From contig CP086569.2 of NCBI GenBank assembly GCA_009914755.4, positions 12,224,001 to 12,288,000 of the forward strand: a DNA stretch of 64,000 nucleotides, written 5' to 3'. Source of the stretch: the human T2T-CHM13v2.0 reference genome, Homo sapiens. The position numbers were made by a program, and so were the translations under genes. Position 1 is the first letter of the stretch. The number at the start of each line of letters is the position of its first letter. Below, one piece after another: positions 1-14,200 of the stretch. A model generated the notes under the pieces. The model made no database searches. It was not told the DNA's origin and saw nothing but the letters and a program-made list of their open reading frames with translations.

Positions 1-130
1 CAATGGAAGAGAAAGGAAAGGAATTGAATGGAATTGAAAGTAATAGAATTAAATGGAGTACAAAGGAAAGATATCGAATGGAATGGATCGAAAAGAAATA
101 GAATGGAATTGACAGGAATGGAATGGAATA
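1..130 (+). repeat. 3' tail of an upstream HOR copy (partial)
   Basis: Bases 1-130 ('caatggaagagaaaggaaaggaattgaatgg...') repeat at 5567-5696, immediately before the next 'gactggcgtgcaatg' landmark. Confidence 0.85.
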
Positions 131-206
131 GACTGGCGTGCAATGAAAACGAATGGAATGGAAACGAATGGAATGGAATGGAAAGGAATGGAGTAGAATA
201 AATACT

Positions 207-250
207 ATGGAATGGAATGGAATGGAATGGAATGGAATGGAATGGAATGG
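207..250 (+). repeat. Pure (GGAAT)~8 tract just downstream of the HOR junction landmark
   Basis: 'atgg(aatgg)8' then 'aaagg'. Same length in copies 2-6 (e.g. 5773-5816, 11313-11356), but only ~3 units in B-type copies (e.g. 39045-39062, 44620-44637). Confidence 0.8.
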
Positions 251-2570
251 AAAGGAATGGAGGCGAAAGAAAATGAATGGATTGGAATGTCACCGAATGG
301 AAAGATATGGAATGGAAGGGAATGGATACGAATGGAATGGAATAGAAAGGAAGGGAAAGGTAAAGAATGGAATGGAATCGGATAGAATGGAATGCAATAT
401 AATGGAGTCGAATGGAAATTAATCGAGTAGAATGATATCGAATGGAATGGAATTTAATGGAATGAAATGGAATGGAATGGAATGGAATGGAATGGACTCG
501 AATGGAATGTACTCAAATGGATTAGAATAGAATGGAATGGAACTAAACGTAATGAACTCGAATGGAATGGACACAAATAGAATGGAAGAGAAAGGAATGG
601 TATTGAATGGAATGTATTCGAATAGAATGGAATTCAATGGAATGCAACAGTGTGGCATGGAATCAAATGGAATGGAATCGAATGGAATGGACCCGAGTGG
701 AATGGACTCATAGAACATCCTCGAATGTAATGGATTACAATGTATTAGATTTGAAAGGACTGAAATCGAATGGAATGTAATCAAATAGAACGGAATTGAA
801 TGCATGGAATGGCATAGAAAGTAATGCAATGGAATGGAATAGACTGGAATGGAATGGAATCGGATGGAATGTAATGAAATGTAATGGAAGGAATGCCATG
901 GAATGAAATGGAATGGAATGCAATGGGACGGTGTATAATGGAGTGCAATGGATTTCAGTGGAATGTAGTCCAAAGGAATGAAATAGAATGGAATTCAATA
1001 TAATGGAATGGCATCCAATGGCAAGGAATGGAGCGGACTCCAATGGAAACGACATGAAAGGACTATAATATAATGGAATGGCATTGAACGAAATGGAATG
1101 CAATGGAGTTAAAAGGTAAAATATCGAATGGAAAAGAATTGAATGGACTCGAATGGAATATAATGGAATGGAATGGACTCGAATGGAATGTACTAGAGTT
1201 GAATGGAATCGCATGGAATGGAAAACAATGGAAAGGAAAGGAAGGGAATTGAAAGTAAAGGAATAGAATGGAATGGAATCGGATGGAACGGAATTGAATG
1301 GAATGGAAACTAAAGGAATAGAACAGAAAGGAATGGCATTGAATGGAATGGAAAGGAATGGAATCAGATGGAACAGAAAGGAATGGAATAGAATCGAATG
1401 GAATGGCATCGAATGGTTTGGAATGGAATGTAATGGAATGGAATGGAAAGGAATGGAATGGACTCAAATGGAATGTACTCAAATGGAATAGAATAGAATG
1501 GAATGGAAGTAAATATAATGGACTCGAGTGGAATGGATTGGAATAAATTGGAATTGAATGTAATGGATTCGAATGGAAAGGAATGGAATGGAATGGAATG
1601 GAATGGATTCGAATAGAATGGAACGAATTGGAATGTAATTGAATGGAGTCGAAAACAGTAGAAAGAAAAGAAGTTTAATCGAATGATATCGAATGGAATT
1701 GAATGGAATGTAGGCGAATGGAATAGACTGGAATGGAGTGGAGTGACATGTAATGGAATCGAAAGGAATGGAATCGAATGAAATGGAATTGAATGGAATA
1801 GAAAGGAATAGAATGGAATGGAGTTTAATGGAAAGATATTAAAAGTAATGGAATGGAATTGAGTGGACACGAATGGAATGGACTGGAATGTAAAGGACTC
1901 GAATGAAGTGGACCGCATTAGAATGGACTCGAATGGAATGGATTAGAGTGGAATGGTTTTTAATGGATTGGAAACGAATGGAATGGAAAGGAATAGAATG
2001 GAATGTAATCAAATGGAACGAAATGGAATGGAATGGATTCGACTGGAACAGAACTGAATGTAGTGGAATTGAGTGGAATGGAATGCAATCGAATGGAATG
2101 GACAGGAATGGAATAGAATGAAATGAAATGGCATGGAATGGAATGGAATGGAATGGAATGGAATGGAATGGAATGGCATGGCTTGGAATGGAATGGAATG
2201 GCATGGAATGAAATTGATTGGTATGGGATGGGCCCAACAGTAATGGACTCACAGAAAAGGGACTCAAATAGAATGAATTGGAAAGAAACGGTCTCGAATG
2301 TAATTTATTCGAATAGAATGATATTGAATGGAATGCGATAGTATGGAATGGTATTGAATAGAATGGAATAGAATGGAATGGAATGGAACGGAATGGAGTG
2401 CATTTGAACGGACTCCAATGCAACAAATTGCAATATAATTGATTCAAATGGAATGGAATCGAATAGAATGTAAACAAATGAAATGGAAGGCAATGCAATG
2501 GAAAGGAATCGAATGAAATGGAATAAATGGGATGGAATCGAATGGAAAGGACGCGAATATAATGGACTGT

Positions 2571-2640
2571 TAAGGAAAGGTCTCGAATCGAATTTATTCC
2601 AATAGAATGGAATCGAACGGAATGCAATACTGTTGAATCG
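2571..2640 (+). repeat. Diverged AT-rich sub-motif 'GGAAAGGTCTCGAAT..AATTTATTC.AATAGAATGGAATCGAA.GGAATGCAATA', recurring 3-5 times per HOR
   Basis: Related copies at 2281-2345, 2571-2640 and 4601-4660 in copy 1, and at the same offsets in every HOR copy (e.g. 7841, 8130, 10150). Weaker relatives at ~2727 and ~3409. These are the main non-GGAAT landmarks of the HOR. Confidence 0.6.
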
Positions 2641-5600
2641 AATCGAATGGAATGGAATTGAATGGAATGGACAGGAATGGAATGAACTGGAAGTGAATGG
2701 AAAAGAACGTAATATAGTGCAATGTAATTTATTCAAATGGAATGGAATGCAATCGAATGGAATGTACTCGATTGGAATGGACTGGAGTGGAATGGACTGA
2801 AACGGAATGGAAAGGAATGTAATGGAATGGAACGGAAAGCAAAGGAATCTACTGGAATAGAATCGAACGGAACAGAAAGGAATGGAATGGAATGGAGTGG
2901 AATGGACTCGAATGGAATGTAATCGAATGTAATGGACCAGAAAGGAATGGAATCCAATGGAATGGAATTGAATGGAATCAAAAGGAATAGAAAGGAATAG
3001 AGTGTAATTGAATGATACCGAATGGAAGGAAATGGAATGAAGTCGAATGGAATGCACTGGAATGGAATGGACTCGATCAGAACGGACTGGAGAGGAATGT
3101 ACACAAATGGAATGGAAACGAATGGAATGGAATGAAATGGAATGGAATGAAATGGAATTGAAAGGAACGGAATCAAATGGAATGGAATGGATTGGAATAG
3201 AATGGATTCAAATAAAATAGAATCGATAGGAATGGTATTGAATGGAAGGGACTTGAATGGAATGGAAATCAATGGAAGATATTGGAATCGAATGGCATCG
3301 AATGAAATGGAATGGAACGGAATGGAACGGACCCGAATGGAATGGAATGGACTGAAATGTAATGGACTCGAATGGAATCGACTGAAATATAATAGACTCG
3401 AAAGGAATGGCTTCCAGCGGAATTTATTTGAATAGAATTGAATCAAATGGAATACAAGAGTATTGAATGGAATCGAATGGAATGGAATCGAATGGAATGG
3501 AACGGAATTCAATATAATGGAGTAGAATGGAATGCATTGGAAAGGAGCAGAGTGGAATCGAGTGGAATGGAATCGAGTGGAATGGAATCAAAGGGAACGA
3601 AATCGAATTGAATGGACTTGAATGGAATTGACTCGAAAGGAATTGACTCGAAAGGAATGGACTGGAACAAAAAGGAATGAAATGGACAGGAATGGAATGG
3701 AATGGACTCGAATGGAATGGAGTCAAATGCAAACGCATCGAATGGAATGGATTCAAATGGAATGCAATTGAATGGAATAGAAAGGAAGAGAATGGAATTG
3801 AGAGTAATGGAAAGATATCGATTGGAATGAAATGGAATGGAAAGGAATTGAATGGAAAGGAATGGACTCGAAAGAAATGGATTGGAATGGAATGGTCTCC
3901 AATGGAATGGACTGGAGTGGAATGGAATCGAATGGAATGAAAAGAATGGAACGGAATGGAACGGAAACGAATAGAATGTTATGGAATCCGATTGGACAGA
4001 ATGGAATGGAATGGACTTTCATGAAATGGAGTCGAATAGAGTGGCATCAAAAGGAATGGAATGGAATGGAGTGGACTCAAAAGGAACGGACTCGAAAGGA
4101 ATGGCGTCGAAGCAAATTGAATCAAATGGATTGGAGTCGAACAGAATGGAATGGAATGGAATGAAGTCGACTGGAGTAGAGAGGAATGTAAAGGAATAGA
4201 ATGGAATGTAATCAAATGGATTGCAAGTGAATGGAATCAAAAATAATAGAAAGGAATGGAGTGTAAAGGGATGATATTGAATAAAATGGAATGGAATGGA
4301 ATTTAATGGAATGGAGTTGAAGGAATGGACAGGAATGTAATGGACTCCAAAGGAATGGAATGGATGAAAATGGATTTGAACAGATTGGAATCGAACGGAA
4401 TGGAATGCAATGGAATGGAATGGACTCGAATGGAGAAGAGACAAATGGAATGGAAACGAATTCAATGGAATTGAAAAGAATAGAATGGAATGGCCTGTAA
4501 TGGTAAGATACTAAATGGAATGGAATTGAATGGAATGTAGTGGAATGGACCCAAATGTAATGCACTCGAATGGAATATACTGAAATAGAATGGAATCGAA
4601 AGGAAAGGTCTCAAATGGAATTTATTCAATACAATGGAATCGAATGGAATGCAATAGAATGGAAAGGAATCGAATGTAATGGAATCAAATAGAATGGACC
4701 AGACTGGAATGGACTGCCATAGAACGGACTGCAGTGTAATGGATTGAATTCTAATTCATTCAAATGGAATGGAATTGAATGGAATGGAATCCAATGGAAT
4801 AGATAGGATTGTACTGGAATGGAATAGCATGGAATGCAACGGAGTGGAATGGAGTTGAATGAAGTGGAATGGAATCGATTGGAATGGAATCAAATGGAAT
4901 GGACGGGAATGGAATGGACTGGAAGAGAACAGACTCGAATACAATGGATTGCAATGTAATTGATTCAAATGGAATGGAATCGAATGGAATGTAATAAAAT
5001 TGAAGGGATTGGAGTTCAATGCAAAGGAATAGAATGGAATGCAAAGGAAAGGAAAGGCACGGAGTGAAATCGAGTGTAATGGAATCGAATGGAATGAAAT
5101 CGAATGGAATGGACTCAAAAGAAATGGACGAGGGACAAAACGGAATCAAACTGATTGGAATCGAAAGGAACGGAATGGAATGGAATGGTCTCCATTGGAT
5201 GGGAGTAGAACGGATTGGAATGGAATGGAATGAAATGGAATGGAAAGGAATAGAATGGAATGGAAAGGAATGGAAGGTAATGGAAAGATATCGAACGGAT
5301 TGGAAAGGAATGGAATGGACGCTAATGGAATGGAATGGAATTCAACAGAAACGAATGGAATGGACTGGAGTGAAATGGAGTCGAATGTAATTGACTGGAG
5401 AGGAATGGACTCGAAAGGAATGGACTCGAATAGAATGGACAGGAATGGATTGTACTCGAATGGAGTGGAAAGGAATAAAATGGATTCCACCAGATTGGAA
5501 TGGAACAGAATGTAATGGAATGGAATGGAATGCAATGGAATGGCTCGAATGGAATGGAGTCGAATGCAATGGAAGAGAAAGGAAAGGAATTGAATGGAAT

Positions 5601-5696
5601 TGAAAGTAATAGAATTAAATGGAGTACAAAGGAAAGATATCGAATGGAATGGATCGAAAAGAAATAGAATGGAATTGACAGGAATGGAATGGAATA

Positions 5697-8600
5697 GACT
5701 GGCGTGCAATGAAAACGAATGGAATGGAAACGAATGGAATGGAATGGAAAGGAATGGAGTAGAATAAATACTATGGAATGGAATGGAATGGAATGGAATG
5801 GAATGGAATGGAATGGAAAGGAATGGAGGCGAAAGAAAATGAATGGATTGGAATGTCACCGAATGGAAAGATATGGAATGGAAGGGAATGGATACGAATG
5901 GAATGGAATAGAAAGGAAGGGAAAGGTAAAGAATGGAATGGAATCGGATAGAATGGAATGCAATATAATGGAGTCGAATGGAAATTAATCGAGTAGAATG
6001 ATATCGAATGGAATGGAATTTAATGGAATGAAATGGAATGGAATGGAATGGAATGGAATGGACTCGAATGGAATGTACTCAAATGGATTAGAATAGAATG
6101 GAATGGAACTAAACGTAATGAACTCGAATGGAATGGACACAAATAGAATGGAAGAGAAAGGAATGGTATTGAATGGAATGTATTCGAATAGAATGGAATT
6201 CAATGGAATGCAACAGTGTGGCATGGAATCAAATGGAATGGAATCGAATGGAATGGACCCGAGTGGAATGGACTCATAGAACATCCTCGAATGTAATGGA
6301 TTACAATGTATTAGATTTGAAAGGGCTGAAATCGAATGGAATGTAATCAAATAGAACGGAATTGAATGCATGGAATGGCATAGAAAGTAAAGCAATGGAA
6401 TGGAATAGACTGGAATGGAATGGAATCGGATGGAATGTAATGAAATGTAATGGAAGGAATGCCATGGAATGGAATGGAATGGAATGCAATGGGACGGTGT
6501 ATAATGGAGTGCAATGGATTTCAGTGGAATGTAGTCCAAAGGAATGAAATAGAATGGAATTCAATATAATGGAATGGCATCCAATGGCAAGGAATGGAGC
6601 GGACTCCAATGGAAACGACATGAAAGGACTAAAATATAATGGAATGGCATTGAACGAAATGGAATGCAATGGAGTTAAAAGGTAAAATATCGAATGGAAA
6701 AGAATTGAATGGACTCGAATGGAATATAATGGAATGGAATGGACTCGAATGGAATGTACTAGAGTTGAATGGAATCGCATGGAATGGAAAACAATGGAAA
6801 GGAAAGGAAGGGAATTGAAAGTAAAGGAATAGAATGGAATGGAATCGGATGGAACGGAATTGAATGGAATGGAAACTAAAGGAATAGAATAGAAAGGAAT
6901 GGCATTGAATGGAATGGAAAGGAATGGAATCAGATGGAAGAGAAAGGAATGGAATAGAATCGAATGGAATGGCATCGAATGGTTTCGAATGGAATGTAAT
7001 GGAATGGAATGGAAAGGAATGGAATGGACTCAAATGGAATGTACTCAAATGGAATAGAATAGAATGGAATGGAAGTAAATATAATGGACTCGAGTGGAAT
7101 GGATTGGAATAAATTGGAATTGAATGTATTGGATTCGAATGGAAAGGAATGGAATGGAATGGAATGGAATGGATTCGAATGGAATGGAACGAATTGGAAT
7201 GTAATTGAATGGAGTCGAAAACAGTAGAAAGAAAAGAAGTTTAATCGAATGATATCGAATGGAATTGAATGGAATGTAGGCGAATGGAATGGACTGGAAT
7301 GGAGTGGAGTGACATGTAATGGAATCGAAAGGAATGGAATCGAATGAAATGGAATTGAATGGAATAGAAAGGAATAGAATGGAATGGAGTTTAATGGAAA
7401 GATATTAAAAGTAATGGAATGGAATTGAGTGGACACGAATGGAATGGACTGGAATGGAAAGGTCTCGAATGAAATGGACCGCATTAGAATGGACTCGAAT
7501 GGAATGGATTGGAGTGGAATGGTCTTTAATGGATTGGAAACGAATGGAATGGAAAGGAATAGAATGGAATGTAATCAAATGGAACGAAATGGAATGGAAT
7601 GGATTCGACTGGAACAGAACTGAATGTAGTGGAATTGAGTGGAATGGAATGCAATCGAATGGAATGGACAGGAATGGAATAGAATGAAATGAAATGGCAT
7701 GGAATGGAACGGAATGGAATGGAATGGCATGGCATGGAATGGAATGGAATGGCATGGAATGAAATTGATTGGAATGGGATGGGCCCAAAAGTAATGGACT
7801 CACAGAAAAGGGACTCAAATAGAATGAATTGGAAAGAAACGGTCTCGAATGTAATTTATTCGAATAGAATGATATTGAATGGAATGCGATAGTATGGAAT
7901 GGTATTGAATAGAATGGAATAGAATGGAATGGAATGGAACGGAATGGAGTGCATTTGAACGGACTCCAATGCAACAAATTGCAATATAATTGATTCAAAT
8001 GGAATGGAATCGAATAGAATGTAAACAAATGAAATGGAAGGCAATGCAATGGAAAGGAATCGAATGAAATGGAATAAATGGGATGGAATCGAATGGAAAG
8101 GACGCGAATATAATGGACTGTTAAGGAAAGGTCTCGAATCGAATTTATTCCAATAGAATGGAATCGAACGGAATGCAATACTGTTGAATCAAATCGAATG
8201 GAATGGAATTGAATGGAATGGACAGGAATGGAATGAACTGGAAGTGAATGGAAAAGAACGTAATATAGTGCAATGTAATTTATTCAAATGGAATGGAATG
8301 CAATCGAATGGAATGGACTCGATTGGAATGGACTGGAGTGGAATGGACTGAAACGGAAGGGAAAGGAATGTAATGGAATGGAACGGAAAGCAAAGGAATC
8401 TACTGGAATAGAATCGAACGGAACAGAAAGGAATGGAATGGAATGGAGTGGAATGGACTCGAATGGAATGTAATCGAATGTAATGGACCAGAAAGGAATG
8501 GAATCCAATGGAATGGAATTGAATGGAATCAAAAGGAATAGAAAGGAATAGAGTGTAATTGAATGATACCGAATGGAAGGAAATGGAATGAAGTCGAATG

Positions 8601-11236
8601 GAATGCACTGGAATGGAATGGACTCGATCAGAACGGACTGGAGAGGAATGTACACAAATGGAATGGAATGGAATGAAATGGAATGGAATGAAATGGAATT
8701 GAAAGGAACGGAATCAAATGGAATGGAATGGATTGGAATAGAATGGATTCAAATAAAATAGAATTGATAGGAATGGTATTGAATGGAAGGGACTTGAATG
8801 GAATGGAAATCAATGGAAGATATTGGAATCGAATGGCATCGAATGAAATGGAATGGAACGGAATGGAACGGACCCGAATGGAATGGAATGGACTGAAATG
8901 TAATGGACTCGAATGGAATCGACTGAAATATAATAGACTCGAAAGGAATGGCCTCCAGCGGAATTTATTGGAATAGAATTGAATCAAATGGAATACAAGA
9001 GTATTGAATGGAATCGAATGGAATGGAATCGAATGGAATGGAACGGAATTCAATATAATGGAGTAGAATGGAATGAATTGGAAAGGAGCAGAGTGGAATC
9101 GAGTGGAATGGAATCGAGTGGAATGGAATCAAAGGGAACGAAATCGAATTGAATGGACTTGAATGGAATTGACTCGAAAGGAATTGACTCGAAAGGAATG
9201 GACTGGAACAAAAAGGAATCAAATGGACAGGAATGGAATGGAATGGACTCGAATGGAATGGAGTCAAATGCAAACGCATCGAATGGAATGGATTCAAATG
9301 GAATGCAATTGAAAGGAATAGAAAGGAAGAGAATGGAATTGAGAGTAATGGAAAGATATCATTGGAATGAAATGGAATGGAAAGGATTTGAATGGAAAGG
9401 AATGGACTCAAAAGAAATGGATTGGAATGGAATGGTCTCCAATGGAATGGACTGGAGTGGAATGGAATCGAATGGAATGAAAAGAATGGAACGGAATGGA
9501 ACGGAAAGGAATAGAATGTTATGGAATCCGATTGGACAGAATGGAATGGAATGGACTTTCATGAAATGGAGTCGAATAGAGTGGCATCAAAAGGAATGGA
9601 ATGGAATGGAGTGGACTCAAAAGGAACGGACTCGAAACGAATGGCGTCGAAGCAAATTGAATCAAATGGATTGGAGTCGAACAGAATGGAATGGAATGGA
9701 ATGAACTCGACTGGAGTATAGAGGAATGTAAAGGAATAGAATGGAATGTAATCAAATGGATTGCAAGTGAATGGAATCAAAAATAATAGAAAGGAATGGA
9801 GTGTAAAGGGATGATATTGAATAAAATGGAATGGAATGGAATTTAATGGAATGGAGTCGAAGGAATGGACAGGAATGTAATGGACTCCAATGGAATTGAA
9901 TGGATGAAAATGGATTTGAACAGATTGGAATCGAACGGAATGGAATGCAATGGAATGGAATGGAATGGAATGGAGAAGAGACAAATGGAATGGAAACGAA
10001 TTCAATGGAATTGAAAAGAATAGAATGGAATGGCCTGTAATGGTAAGATACTAAATGGAATGGAATTGAATGGAATGTAGTGGAATGGACCCAAATGTAA
10101 TGCACTCGAATGGAATATACTCAAATAGAATGGAATCGAAAGGAAAGGTCTCAAATGGAATGTATTCAATACAATGGAATCGAATGGAATGCAAAAGAAT
10201 GGAAAGGAATCGAATGTAATGGAATCAAATAGAATGGACCAGAATGGAATGGACTGGCATAGAACGGACTGCAGTGTAATGGATTGAATTCTAATTCATT
10301 CAAATGGAATGGAATTGAATGGAATGGAATCCAATGGAATAGATAGGATTGTACTGGAATGGAATAGCATGGAATGCAACGGAGTGGAATGGAGTTGAAT
10401 GAAGTGGAATGGAATCGATTGGAATGGAATCAAATGGAATGGACGGGAATGGAATGGACTGGAAGAGAACAGACTCGAATACAATGGATTGCAATGTAAT
10501 TGATTCAAATGGAATGGAATCGAATGGAATGTAATAAAATTGAAGGGATTGGAGTTCAATTCAATGGAATAGAATGGAATGCAAAGGAAAGGAAAGGCAC
10601 GGAGTGAATTCGAGTGTAATGGAATCGAATGGAATGAAATCGAATGGAATGGACTCAAAAGAAATGGACGAGGGACAAAACGGAATCAAAATGATTGGAA
10701 TCGAATGGAACGGAATGGAATGGAATGGTCTCCATTGGATGGGAGTAGAACGGATTGGAATGGAATGGAATGAATTGGAATGGAAAGGAATAGAATGGAA
10801 TGGAAAGGAATGGAAGGTAATGGAAAGATATCGAACGGATTGGAAAGGAATGGAATGGACGCTAATGGAATGGAATGGAATTCAACAGAAACGAATGGAA
10901 TGGACTGGAGTGAAATGGAGTCGAATGTAATTGACTGGAGAGGAATGGACTCGAAAGGAATGGACTCGAATAGAATGGACTGGAATGGATTATACTCGAA
11001 TGGAGTGGAAAGGAATAAAATGGATTCCACCAGATTGGAATGGAACAGAATGTAATGCAATGGAATGGAATGCAATGGAAAGGCTCGAATGGAATGGAGT
11101 CGAATGCAATGGAAGAGAAAGGAAAGGAATTGAATGGAATTGAAAGTAATAGAATTAAATGGAGTGCAAAGGAAAGATATCGAATGGAATGGATCGAAAA
11201 GAAATAGAATGGAATGGACAGGAATGGAATGGAATA
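5697..11236 (+). repeat. HOR copy 2 (~5540 bp), subtype A1
   Basis: Landmarks 'gactggcgtgcaatgaaaacg' at 5697 and 11237; GGGCCC at ~7783; ORF landmarks identical to copy 1. Confidence 0.85.
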
Positions 11237-14200
11237 GACTGGCGTGCAATGAAAACGAATGGAATGGAAACGAATGGAATGGAATGGAAAGGAATGGAGT
11301 AGAATAAATACTATGGAATGGAATGGAATGGAATGGAATGGAATGGAATGGAATGGAAAGGAATGGAGGCGAAAGGAAAAGAATGGATTGGAATGTCACC
11401 GAATGGAAAGATATGGAATGGAAAGGAATGGATACGAATGGAATGGAATAGAAAGGAAGGGAAAGGTAAAGAATGGAATGGAATCGGATAGAATGGAATG
11501 CAATATAATGGAGTCGAATGGAAAATAATCGAGTAGAATGATATCGAATGGAATGGAATTTAATGGAATGGAATGGAATGGAATGGAATGGAATGGAATG
11601 GAATGGACTCGAATGGAATGTACTCAAATCGATTAGAATAGAATGGAATGGAACTAAATGTAATGAACTCCAATGGAATGGACACAAATAGAATGGAAGG
11701 GAAAGGAATGGTATTGAATGGAATGTATTCGAATAGAATGGAATTCAATGGAATGCAACAGTGTGGCATGGAATCAAATGGAATGGAATCGAATGGAATG
11801 GACCCGAGTGGAATGGACTCATAGAACAGCCTCGAATGTAATGGATTACAATGTATTAGATTTGAAAGGGCTGAAATCGAATGGAATGTAATCAAATAGA
11901 ACGGAATTGAATTCATGGAATGGCATAGAAAGTAAAGCAATGGAATGGAATAGACTGGAATGGAATGGAATCGGATTGAATGTAATGAAATGTAATGGAA
12001 GGAATGCCATGGAATGGAATGGAATGGAATGCAATGGGACGGTGTATAATGGAGTGCAATGGATTTCAGTGGAATGTAGTCAAAAGGAATGAAATAGAAT
12101 GGAATTCAATATAATGGAATGGCATCCAATGGCAAGGAATGGAGCGGACTCCAATGGAAACGACATGAAAGGACTATAATATAATGGAATGGCATTGAAC
12201 GAAATGGAATGCAATGGAGTTAAAAGGTAAAATATCGAATGGAAAAGAATTGAATGGACTCGAATGGAATATAATGGAATGGAATGGACTCGAATGGAAT
12301 GTACTAGAGTTGAATGGAATCGCATGGAATGGAAAACAATGGAAAGGAAAGGAAGGGAATTGAAAGTAAAGGAATAGAATGGAATGGAATCGGATGGAAC
12401 GGAATTGAATGGAATGGAAACTAAAGGAATAGAATAGAAAGGAATGGCATTGAATGGAATGGAAAGGAATGGAATCAGATGGAACAGAAAGGAATGGAAT
12501 AGAATCGAATGGAATGGCATCGAATGGTTTGGAATGGAATGTAATGGAATGGAATGGAAAGGAATGGAATGGACTCAAATGGAATGTACTCAAATGGAAT
12601 AGAATAGAATGGAATGGAAGTAAATATAATGGACTCGAGTGGAATGGATTGGAATAAATTGGAATTGAATGTATTGGATTCGAATGGAAAGGAATGGAAT
12701 GGAATGGAATGGAATGGATTCGAATGGAATGGAACGAATTGGAATGTAATTGAATGGAGTCGAAAACAGTAGAAAGAAAAGAAGTTTAATCGAATGATAT
12801 CGAATGGAATTGAATGGAATGTAGGCGAATGGAATGGACTGGAATGGAGTGGAGTGAGATGTAATGGAATCGAAAGGAATGGAATCGAATGAAATGGAAT
12901 TGAATGGAATAGAAAGGAATAGAATGGAATGGAGTTTAATGGAAAGATATTAAAAGAAATGGAATGGAATTGAGTGGACACGAATGGAATGGACTGGAAT
13001 GTAAAGGACTCCAATGAAATGGACCGCATTAGAATGGACTCGAATGGAATGGATTGGAGTGGAATGGTCTTTAATGGATTGGAAACGAATGGAATGGAAA
13101 GGAATAGAATGGAATGTAATCAAATGGAACGAAATGGAATGGAATGGATTCGACTGGAACAGAACTGAATGTAGTGGAATTGAGTGGAATGGAATGCAAT
13201 CGAATGGAATGGACACGAATGGAATAGAATGAAATGAAATGGCATGGAATGGAATGGAATGGAATGGAATGGCATGGCATGGAATGGAATGGAATGGCAT
13301 GGAATGAAATTGATTGGAATGGGATGGGCCCAAAAGTAATGGACTCACAGAAAAGGGACTCAAATAGAATGAATTGGAAAGAAACGGTCTCGAATGTAAT
13401 TTATTCGAATAGAATGATATTGAATGGAATGCGATAGTATGGAATGGTATTGAATAGAATGGAATAGAATGGAATGGAATGGAACGGAATGGAGTGCATT
13501 TGAACGGACTCGAATGCAACAAATTGCAATATAATTGATTCAAATGGAATGGAATCGAATAGAATGTAAACAAATGAAATAGAAGGCAATGCAATGGAAA
13601 GGAATCGAATGAAATGGAATAAATGGGATGGAATCGAATGGAAAGGACGCGAATAAAATGGACTGTTAAGGAAAGGTCTCGAATCGAATTTATTCCAATA
13701 CAATGGAATCGAACGGAATGCAATACTATTGAATCGAAACGAATGGAATGGAATTGAATGGAATGGACAGGAATGGAATGAACTGGAAGTGAATGGAAAA
13801 GAACGTAATATAGTGCAATGTAATTTATTCAAATGGAATGGAATGCAATCGAATGGAATGGACACGATTGGAATGGACTGGAGTGGAATGGACTGAAATG
13901 GAATGGAAACGAATGTAATGGAATGGAACGGAAAGCAAAGGAATCTACTGGAATAGAATCGAACGGAACAGAAAGGAATGGAATGGAATGGAGTGGAATG
14001 GACTCGAATGGAATGTATTCGAATGTAATGGACCGGAAAGGAATGGAATCCAATGGAATGGAATTGAATGGAATCAAAAGGAATAGAAAGGAATAGAGTG
14101 TAATGGAATGATATCGAATGGAAGGAAATGGAATGAAGTCGAATGGAATGCACTGGAATGGAGTGGACTCGATCAGAACGGATTGGAGAGGAATGTACAC

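Larger units (their letters stand above)
131..5696 (+). repeat. HOR copy 1 (~5566 bp), subtype A1
   Basis: Bounded by successive 'gactggcgtgcaatg' landmarks at 131 and 5697. ORF-track landmarks recur one period later (153..422 = 5719..5988; 419..973 = 5985..6539). Carries GGGCCC at ~2231 and the doubled 'gaattgactcgaaagg' unit. Confidence 0.85.

Noticed and set aside
1655-1690. A-rich stretch 'cgaaaacagtagaaagaaaagaagtttaatcg' as a possible poly(A) or transposon remnant
   Set aside because: It is present at the same offset in all 12 HOR copies and is flanked by satellite on both sides, so it is an old diverged part of the HOR, not an insertion.
4575-4600. CENP-B box-like sequence at 'tggaaacgaatgg', which recurs (e.g. 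160-172, 4454-4466)
   Set aside because: It matches only the TGGAAACG portion of the 17-bp CENP-B box and lacks the essential TTCG....CGGG positions. It is a chance resemblance within GGAAT variants.
4742-4762. Near-palindrome 'tgaattctaattcattca' as a possible hairpin or protein site
   Set aside because: The palindrome is imperfect, a single instance per HOR, and fully explained by juxtaposed GAATT/AATTC pentamer variants.
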